Assembly: GCA_905178155.1 (NCBI GenBank) | Contig: CAJINV010000006.1 | Span: 1,551,876-1,615,875, forward strand | DNA: 64,000 nucleotides | Source of the DNA: Amoebophrya sp. A120 | Lineage: Eukaryota > Protista > Dinoflagellata | Direction: 5' to 3' | Shown: positions 25,438 to 35,400 of the stretch, in pieces | How positions within the stretch are numbered: position 1 is the first letter of the stretch | How the letters are laid out: each line of letters begins with the position of its first letter | Notes under the pieces: model-generated | Databases searched by the model: none | Seen by the model: only the letters and a program-made list of their open reading frames with translations | What the model was told of the DNA's origin: nothing | Program-made: the position numbers and the translations under genes

Positions 25438-26644
25438 CAGCTGCACCACCTCTTCGTAGCTAGAGCCTGGACGTCGAATATCCAAACTAGGTACAGCTAC
25501 ACCTACGCTGGACGAGGAGGGTGATTTTACCACCTCTACTTCGCGAACAAAATTTTTGCACCACTACAAGGACGAGGAACGGCCTGGTTTTATTTCTTTT
25601 TGGAAGTAAGTAGTAGAGATCATTGATCATTTTTGATGAAACAAATCTACTTCAGCGTGGTTCCATTGAAACCAAGCTCTTTACTCTCTGAGGAAGCATT
25701 TTTATTTCCTTTGTCCTGTAGCTGGACGAAAATTGTAGCTGTGGCTGAGGTCCAAGAAACCGCTTTTTTTGAAGCTGTCCCCACCGTGTAAGATTCCGTG
25801 TAAGATTATCAAAGCTCGCTGTCCGCCGTGTATGATTGAAAAACTTAGAAGGCAGCAGCCCATCATCTTGAAGTAGACCCTCAGCGGTGGAGAGCTTTCT
25901 GATGAAACATTTCTGTGCCGATGTTCTTCGCGCCACAAGCGCGACCTGTGTTCCACTTCAACAGGATCTTCTTCTCACAAGGAGCTCAAAAAGACCTTGT
26001 AGTACTAGTGCCAGCACCACCGGCACTTAGTCCGTATCAAACCAGAATGAGAAGTACTAGATCTTTCGCTTTTAAAGCTGCACTGCTCGTCTTTTACTCG
26101 TATTCTTGACGATCATTCATTTACTGCGCTCTAGTACAACCCGTGTTCAAACATAAGTACAAGCGGCCAACGTTCATCTCCCAGTTGTATGTTGTTTGCT
26201 CCAACATGAGTCGTTGAGCTACATGATCTTCCGGTGGATCTTCGAGTTTTCTTTTGGCTCTGTGGCCTGTGTTCAGCTATTGTTCAGGGCAGTTTTTGGT
26301 TTTTCTGGTGCAAATGTTGATGTTCCAAGGCAAGAAGTTCATTTTCTTCGTTGTCGTGACAGAAAGAAAACAAACACAAGAAACTCGTCGTGATCTCTCA
26401 TAAAAGAACTATTTTTGCTAGCAATATTAGCGGAGTTCTCAGTCCTCGCGCTGGCCGAGGTAGTAGAAGTATGAAAGTACTTTGTTCATCTCGCCAAGAA
26501 GTACATCAACACTGAATGATCTTGAGGAACTACAACTAGCCAATTTTTCCTCGAAACAAGATGGCGGTCTCCTCCTGCTGTCTCGCAGCCGCATGGGGCA
26601 CCAGCTGAGGAGTGCTGCACGACGGCTAGGGCTGCGGCTATTCC

Positions 26645-26926
26645 TATCCTGAGCGAAAACGTCCCCAACCCAAAGTGAAGATGGAGACATCGCAACAGAA
26701 ATCGAGAAGTTTTGGCAGTCAAGCATGACAAGTTCCTGTCTGTATTGTAGTGGAGTTTAGCAAGTACAGCCGCAACACAAATCCATCTCCTCATCCTGTT
26801 TACAGAATTACAAAGTTCAAAACACAGTCGGAAATAATGCCTCTCATGGGGATGCGCATTACAACTCTTCTTGTAACTGCAAATCTGCATGACAACTATG
26901 GGGTGGGAATGTTTTTACTCAGGATA
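26645..26926. mobile_element. Introner family C
   Basis: flanks attcc/attcc; single attcc in paralogue. Confidence 0.9.
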
Positions 26927-27051
26927 ATTCCCACCTGTGCAGCTTTATGGGCCCCGCCTTTCTCCATGGTCTTCAACGAGGACCCAGTCGTGCATGCTCA
27001 AGACGAAGTCGATTTATTTTTACGCGGGAGAAGACATTTGGCCGCTGCGTG

Positions 27052-27101
27052 GTAAGAAGCAGGCGCGGCTTCGGAGGTCGTTTTGAGACGTTTATTTTCA
27101 G
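27052..27101 (+). other. Canonical GT-AG intron (50 nt)
   Basis: tg|gtaaga..ttattttcag|g; removal deletes a TAA and restores the frame (AAW-ALFEF). Confidence 0.75.
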
Positions 27102-27214
27102 GGCGTTGTTTGAGTTTGTGCAGGACGTCGAGCAGACTCAGACATTCATCTGTTTCCTCGCAAGGTCCTCGCTCTTGCTCCTCGCGGCAAGACACAGGAT
27201 GGCCGTCTGGTTCA

Positions 27215-27494
27215 TATCGACTGCAAATATATGTCTATGTCAGGAGGGTCTGGAGTGAGTGTTGCAAGATTTGTCATGCTAGTCTGGCACGACTCTGTGC
27301 TCTGTATTGCGTAGGGCCATCGGAACAGTGTATCTCGCCTGTCATGCAAAAACGCATCTTCGCATGCAAAATGCGCAGGAGCAACGAAGCACGCGAAAAC
27401 TTTTCATGCTTGGCTGCGCATTACAGTTAACTTATTGCAGCTCACTGACTTGCATCACAAGTTTCCAGACATCCAGGCATATTTGCATTTGATG
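27215..27494. mobile_element. Introner family A (ends ATG)
   Basis: flanks gttca/gcttc; empty site in paralogue. Confidence 0.8.
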
Positions 27495-27552
27495 GCTTCA
27501 GACGCCGTACCAGGCCGTCCGGGATCAGCTCCGCTACAAGTTTCGGGCTATC

Positions 27553-27860
27553 TATGGATGTGTCAGAGTTGAAATCGACAAAGTTGAAATAATTTGTGAT
27601 GCATAAAATCTATACCAGTTGGACCCACAGTTTCCAATCGGCGCATGACAAATTTTCCTGGCCTCTGAAGCAAGTCTGTCATGCTGTTTAGGGCAAGATG
27701 GCTGCTCCCTGTCATGCTAGTCAGCAGCCCAATTCTTGACCCCTACCAGCACTAGAATCTGCCTCCCTTGCGCCTTCAGCAATAGAGTCAGTCTTTGTGT
27801 CGCATTTTATGCATGGCAAATCATTTCAACTTTGTCGATTTCAACTCTGACACCTCCATA
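27553..27860. mobile_element. Introner family H
   Basis: TIR tatgga.gtgtcagagttgaaatcgacaaagttgaaat; flanks ctatc/ctatc. Confidence 0.9.
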
Positions 27861-28645
27861 CTATCTGCCTGATCTTTTCCATTTTACATCAGGAGTGGAG
27901 CTGGCTGAGCGGGGTGAATAAAGACGATCATGACGCTCCTGACACTAGTCCATCAAGATCAAGAACACGGCGGCGCTCCTGCATGGGGGTCGGTCTAGTC
28001 TTTGCTACAGAGGTGGAAGAGGAGGAGCAAAATCACGACAGCGGTTTGATGCAAAAACATCAACCCGCAGCTGGTGCGAGGATCATAAGAAATAGAAATT
28101 CAAACATCGGTACTAGTAGTAGGAACGGCCTGGCTTTATTTCTCTTTGGTGGTAGTAGAGATCATTGATCATTTTTGATGAAATCTACTTGCTCAGCATT
28201 CCGTTGAAGATGAAGCCAAGCTCTGTCTCTCTCTCTCTCTGAGGAAGCGTTGTTTCCTTTGTCCTGTAGTGGTCTGACGAAATAAATTGTAGCTGTGGCT
28301 GAGGTCCAGAAAACCGCTCTTTTTGAAGCTGTCCCTACCGTGTAAGATTTTTCCGTGTAAGATTTAAAGCTCGCTGTCCGCCGTGTATGATTGAAAAACT
28401 TAGAAGGCAGCAGCTCATCATCTTGAAGAAGAACCTCAGCGGTGGAGAGTCTGATGTATTTCTGTGCCGCTTTGGATTTTTTTCGTGCCACGAGCACCAC
28501 CTGTGTTCAACTTGTTCAACAGGATCTAGATCTTCTGTAGTTCCGTCAACCAGAATGAGACGTAGGTCTTTCGCGGCTTTATTTCAAGCTGCGCTGCTTT
28601 TTATTTTTTACTCGTTGTATCTTCCTTTGCCTCGTTGTATCTTCC

Positions 28646-28922
28646 TTGCAACAAGGCTCATTGCCTCGGCTCGGTCGCTGACCAGACCCGCCCTACACTT
28701 ATGCTCAGTGCTGCGGTGTGTGCGTTTTTGGTCCCCCCTGAACGACGTGTGTGAGAGTGTGGCCCACACCCAAGTCCGAAAAAACCTAGCCTTATAACAG
28801 CCGCGCCCTTATGGTATAGATCAACTGTTCGTCATAGAGGATCGGCGTTCAGCTGCTCTCGGGCTGGAGGAGGGAGTAGCACGCAGCAGTCCGCTAAAGG
28901 GCACACTGCCAACATCATCATC
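28646..28922 (+). mobile_element. Possible LINE/SINE 3' fragment with (CAT)n tail
   Basis: Absent from the paralogous segment near 26100; flanked by atcttcc; ends caacatcatcatc. Confidence 0.45.
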
Positions 28923-29490
28923 ATCTTCCCACAAATAGATTACTGCACTCTGTCTGTTGTTCATGATCTTCAAACATAAGTACAAGTTCATGTTGCATTT
29001 GTTCGTCTCCCAGTTGTTGTTTGCTCCAACGTGAATCTTCGATGAACATGATCTACTTCCGATGGATCTTCGAGTTTTCTTTTGGCTCTGTGGCCTGCAC
29101 AGCTATTGAGGGCAGTTTTTGGTTTTTCTGGTGCAAATGTTGATGTTCCAAGGCAAGAAGTGCATTTTCTATTTCTTCGTTGTCGTGACAGAAAGAGAAC
29201 AAACTCGTCATGTTGATCTCTCATATTATCTCAAGAACTATTTTTTCTAGCAATAACGGAGGCCTCAGACTGTTGCGGCTGGTACAGCATGTACATGTAG
29301 TCCTCGCGCTGGCCGCGGTAGTCTAAGTTATAATGAAGTACTTTCTCCCAGGACCATAAGGTGGAAGTGGATCAACACTCAATCATGATCTTGAGGAAAT
29401 AGCCAATTTTTCCTCGAAACAAGATGGCGGTCTCCTCCTGCTGTCTCGCAGCCGCATGGGGCACCAGCTGAGGAGTGCTGCACATCGGCT

Positions 29491-32400
29491 ATGGCTGCGG
29501 CCATTCCCACTTGTGCAGCTTTATGGGCCCCGCCGTCCTCCCTGGTCTTCAAAGAGGACCCAGTGCCTGCTCAAGACGAAGTCGACTTATTTTTACTCGG
29601 GGGACGAAGTTTGGCCGCTGCGTGGTAAGAAGCAGGCGCAGCCACTTCGGAGGTCGTGGTGAGAACAAGTTTTTCAGGCCGGCGTTTGAGTTTGTGCAGG
29701 ACGTCGAGCAGAGATTCATCTGTTTCCTCGCGAGGTCCTTGCTCTTGATCCTCGCGGCAAGACACAGGATGCCCGTCTGGTTCAAGACGCCGTACCAGGC
29801 TGTCCGGGACCAGCTCCGCTACAAGTTTCGGTATCCTGAGTAAAAACGTACCCACCCCAGAGTTGTCATGCAGATTTGCCATGACAGGAACATTTGTGAT
29901 GCGCAACCCCATGGCAGGCATTTTCAATCGCGTTTGGGAACTTGTAATGCTGTAAACAGGATCAGAAGGTCGATTTGTGATGCTGCTTTCCTTTCTAACT
30001 TGCACTACCTTACGGACTGAAACTTGTCATGCGTGACTCACAAAACTCCTAGGTTTGTGTTGCAAAATCCCCATCCTGACTCTGGTGTGGGTACGTTTTT
30101 ACTCAGGATAGTCGGGCTGTCTGCCTGATCTTTTCCATTTTACATCAGGAGTGGAGCTGGCTGAGCGGGGTGAATAAAAGCAGAATAGTTCTTGCCGAAG
30201 AGGAAGAGGAGCAAAACGACAGCGGTCGTTTGCAGCAACCCGCAGCTGGTCCTGGTGCGAGGATAAGAAATTCAAACATCGGTACTAGTAGTTCTGTATC
30301 AAATGCAAATATGTCTGGGTCTGGAAACTTGTGATGCTGGGTGGCGTCTCATGATGAGGCCACAAATGCTGGCTCAGCATGACAAGTTTCTGAGCTCCTA
30401 GGTGTTGCCTATTCTGCATGACAAACTACGCTTCTGCATCACAGAAAAGCGGAGCTCTTGGGTAACGTGCATGACAGACTTAAGAGGCATGCCAGACAAG
30501 CATGACAAACATGCATTCTTCCAGACCCAGACATTTTTACAGTTGATATTCTGTGCGGCGAAAGTACAAACACACAGGACCCGGGGGCGGCCATGGTACA
30601 GAAAATATTGACGAGGAGGAAATATCTATCCCACGAAAAAACTGTGTCACTGTGATGACTTTGCAAGATCTGCATCACAAGTTTGCTACACATGACACGG
30701 AAAATTTGTCATGTGCGCATTTCCCATAGGGAAAAACACGGTTGAAACCCCAATGCTCTATGCAGGTGTAGCAAGACAAAGAGTTCTGTGTTCCATTTTC
30801 TGCATCACAAGTTCACAGTGAAACAGTTTTTTCTTGCGATACTATCAAATCTCCATGCTGCGACCCGGGCCACTCGCGAACACAGTACTGCCAGGAAGCG
30901 GGGGAATATCCAAGAAAAAAAACTGTGTTAAAAATGGAGGTGTCGTGGGGTTACAGCATTAGATGAAATTTGTTTGACATGACAAAGAAATCCTGTCATG
31001 CACAGCTGCTAGTAAGTGAAAACACGTATGAAAAGAGGGCATTAACATTATAGGTGGCCAGCATGACAAGTGTGACTGTATGGCGTGCCTCGCATTACAG
31101 ACTTACACTCAATACACAGCTTTTTTCTTGCATAGCGAAGAGAAAGAGGCTTAAACGCGATCCCGGGGCCGTCGCAGACGAGCAGACCGCCTTTTTAGAG
31201 GGTGAATTTTTATGAACTGCAAAAGAAGTATCGTACTAGTAGTAATTGCAATACAAATTAGCTCAGCATGACAAATGGAATTTGTCATGCTGTTTTGCCT
31301 TGGGATAGAGATTTGTAATGCATGACTGCGATTACTACGAGTGCGATACTTTTGCACAGGATAATTTTCGTCCGAAGCGGAATTTTCCTTGGAACCGACC
31401 CCGTATCGTATTCAAAAACGCCCCCAAGCCATATCTGTATTGCAAATCTGCATGCTGAAAATGTTTTTCATGCGGAGCCCCATGAGAAGCATTTTCCATT
31501 CGTGTTTTGCGGAATTTCTCATGCTCCAAGCAGCATGCTGCACTAGATCCGTGATGCTGTTGAGCTAGCTCAAACAACACTACACTACGAGTCCAAACTT
31601 GTCATGCAAGACAGCCAAAACTTGTGGATTTGTCTAGCCGATTCGCCATCTTGACTATCGGGTGGAGACGTTTTTCCATAGGATACTCCGGCGGAGGACT
31701 TTTACCGACACTCTAGGTATCAAATTTAAAAATGTCTGGATCTGGAAAATTGGAACTTGTAATGCGTGTCATGCACTCCTGGAAAATCTGTGTTGCATGA
31801 GCAGCAAAACAGAGGCTTTCTTTGTCATGCGAAAACGCAATTTGTGATGCGTGCTAGGCATCAGCAGACCTCTCAAAAACTTGTCATGCTTGGCTGCCAT
31901 TGGAAGCGCTTTAATCATGCGCAATTCAGCATCACAAGTTTCCAGACCCAGACATTTTTACATTTGATACTAGGGGAGGATCAACTACATCTGGTGGAGA
32001 GAACTACAGGGATGAAAGGGTGAATAGCGTAAGTAGGTACCAAACTTCCGCACCCGTTGCGGGCGGTGGGGACGCTGATGCTGATGCTCCAGCTGCCGGG
32101 GGACAAGAACATCCTTATCCTCAGCACCAAAATTTTCATGAAATTGAAATAGACGAACACATCAACCGAGCTGGTCGTAGTTCCTCTGCTGACAGAGGTG
32201 GAACAAGAACCTCTACTTCTACAGCCTCCGAGGGGGCGAGGACAGCACAGCAACTACGACCGAGAAGTAGCAGCTCCGATTTTTCCTCCACGTCCAGCGG
32301 CCAGGGCAGAAGTACAACTTCTACTGCCTCGTCCTCCACCCCAAGGACGTCTTTGGACGAGCATCAAATAGAAGCGGAGGGCGGGAGCAGCAGCAGCAGA

Positions 32401-35400
32401 GCTGGCGGGGCAGAGGACGGTGAAGACTACAGGAGCACCTTGTCGTTGTATACAGAAAGAGATGTTGGGCTGCAGGATGAAGAAGAAGATGTCCCAAGCT
32501 CCGACGACGAGGAGGACGAGGACTTGCTGCCCTCCGGGACTGAGGTTGTAGATAGGAACCTTCTTGGTCGTCGTGACAGCATAGACGACGATGCTGAAAC
32601 AGCAGGTACTGGGTCTTCATCTTCATCTTCAGAATCAACAACGCAGAAGTACGGCCGGAACGATAATGATACTCGATCTCCTCGAAGAAGCAAAGCGGCA
32701 ACGAAAAATAAAACACAACGCGTGGCCGCCCGAGGACCTGAATACAGTCAGCACTCGTGGACGGCGGGGGGCGAAATAAACGAGGAGCGGAATTTATTTC
32801 AGTCTATGTCTAGTACCACCTTCGCGGAGCTGCAGAAAATGAAAAATGATAAGCGGAGAAAAAATAGGAAACGCGAGCTGCAAGATGAACGGAGTAGTAT
32901 TGCGGAGCTTGACCAAGATATCCCACGAAAAAACTCTTCCACTGTAAAGATTTTGCAAGATCTGCATCACAAGTTTGTTACACATGACAGTGAAAATTTG
33001 TCATGCGCGCTTCCCAAGGGAAAACACGCTGGAAAACCCCATGCCTTGCAGGTGTAGCAAGACAAATCGTTCTGTGTTCCATTTTCTGCATCACAGGTTC
33101 ACAGTGAAGCAGTTTTTTCTTGCGATACGAGAGCAGGAAATAAATGAAGCGGACACCAGTACGGAAAGCGAGTCGTCCTCGTCGTCCACGTCCACCTCCT
33201 CAGGAGGTGCGCTCCTGCAGAAACAAGAGCTCGCCCTCGCGGAACATGAACAGCAGGAAAGAACATCAGCGAGGACACAAGAACTCGGGGGGAAAAGATA
33301 CTTCGGCGTTTTCTCTTGGCGACCCTTCGCGAAGCCTCAGGATACGGACAGGAACGACTTGCTGACCAAGCTGTACCACCACGCGTTGCAGCCGCTCTTC
33401 AGTGCGAGCGATTCCGTGGGGATTATCGCCCTGAATTCCATCAAATGGACGGAGACCCTTCCGGGCGCGGTTTTTGACAGAGAAGCCTTTCCGAAGCCCT
33501 CCTGGTGGACGTGGGGGCAGGTTGCGCTATGCACTGCAAAAGCATCGCACTTTAGTATGAATTGCATAGTACAAAAACAAATTGGCTTAGCATTACAAAT
33601 TGAATTTGTGTTGCGGATTTGCCTTTGAGAAAAAGATTTGTAATGCTAATGCATAAAAGCACTTGTAAAAAAATACGAGTGTGGTACTTTTGCACCGGAT
33701 ACGCGCACGGCGCCGACCATGTGACTTCGACCTTCGAATTCCACAATGGTGCAAAGACGCACACATGGCGGACCTTTTCGAGTCGTAGTACAAGAAGAAA
33801 ATCCGATACTTATCAAGAAGAAAAATCCCCCCTCCCCATATCAAAACGGAAATCTGTGATGCAGATTTGTGGCCACAAAACAGCTCTGTCATACTAGAAG
33901 GCAAAAGATGCGAGATGCGGACTGTAGTGCTGGCTGGCGTGGGAAAGGAGCCTTGCATCTTCAGCATTACAGGAGGCAACTGGAACTGGGAAACAGCATG
34001 AAAAATTGCCTGCAATGAAGGCCGCAGCTACGTCTCTTGGCCTTCTAGCAATACAAGTCGACTTGTGTACCCACATACAGCATCACCATTTTCGTGTTCG
34101 ATATGAGGAGCAGGGGGGATCTTTCCTTGCAATACTACTCCCCCTCTGGTGTTCCCGGATGACCCGGACCCGATTATCCAAAACCTCATATCAAATGCAA
34201 AATATCTGTCTGGGTCTGGGAGGATGGAATTTGAATTTGTGATGCGTCCTGTGGGTCACACAAAAATCTGTGTTGCGTGAAGATCACCAAAAGTTGTCCT
34301 TTTTTGACCAACATGAGCGGGAGTTTGTTTCTCTTGCAGGATATCATGCGAGGTCCTGCATAATTCCAGACCTCACGGGGCACGGAAAATATGCAGGACA
34401 AGTCTGCATTCTTCCAGGTCCAGACGCTTTTGCACTTCATACTTCATCGTGTGTCACCAATCCAGCCTCGTCACTTTATTCGTGAACCAGGAGCTATCGT
34501 ACGAAAAAAGTGTTTCACTGTAACGATTTTGCAAGTTTTGCATCACAAGTTTGCTCTACACCAGAGAGAAACTTTGCCATGCGAGATTCCCAAGGGAAAC
34601 ACAGCCAAAAATCCACTGTCTTGCATGTGTAGCAAGACAAACACTTCTCAGATACATTTTCTGCATTACAAGTTTACAGTGAAACAGTTTTTTCTTGCGA
34701 TAGGAGCTGTTTCGGTCCGACCTGTTTCCCATCTCCGGCTGTTATGAATTGCAAGATAAATACCGTATCTGTTAGTAGTAATTGCAATACAAATTCGCTT
34801 AGCATGACAAACGAAATTTTTCATGCTGATTTGCCTTGGGAAATTGATTTGTCATGCATAATTGCAATTACCACGAGCATCGGATACTTTTTTCGCGGGA
34901 TAGCTGTGTGCGGCACCTGAAAGACGCGCAGTCGTACGGAAAATTTCTGGCGTATGGAAGCGTCAGGTTGGAAATCCTCAAAGTGAAAATCCCTATCTAT
35001 TATATTCATGCGAAAGTATTGGTCTAGAGAGGGTAAACGAGAGGTGGCAGGGAGGTCAAAAAGGGGTCAAAAGAGGTAAAAAAGAGGTCGACAGAGGTGG
35101 AGAGGTGGCGCGCGAGGTCATTCGGGAGGGTGGCCGAGAGGTGGCGCGAGTATAGCCCGCCGAACCGCTCGCCCTTTAGGGCCGCTAAGCGCCTCGGAGG
35201 GTGCCGAGAGGTAGAAAAGAGGGCGGCCGAGAGGTGGACAGAGGTGCAGAGAGGTTGCGCGAATAACGGGAATCCTCTCGCGCACCCTCTGGGCCACCTC
35301 TCGGCCACCTTTGTAGACCTCTACTGGCGAGTATAGCCGGATTATTAGCGGGGACCCCCAAAAGAGGTCAGAAAGAGGGTCTGCGAGAGGGTAAAAACAG

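Larger units (their letters stand above)
26560..28168 (+). pseudogene. Gene 4a: truncated tandem duplicate of the 5' end of gene 4b
   Basis: Aligns by eye to 29420-30292 with third-position changes (gcc/gct, gat/gac). The ATG at 29491 is AGG here. Frame runs into the duplication junction near 28120 and stops at 28168. Confidence 0.55.
25575..30292 (+). repeat. Tandem duplication (about 25575-28120 vs 28121-30292)
   Basis: aggaacggcctgg starts both units; ggtactagtagt ends both. Confidence 0.85.

Noticed and set aside
24880-25560. Small gene hosting introners 24940 and 25289
   Set aside because: No convincing open frame with start and stop could be assembled.
29571-30005. Minus-strand gene (PKLVAELVPDSLVRR...)
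   Set aside because: There is a stop just upstream after splicing; synonymous changes and a GT-AG intron support the + frame.
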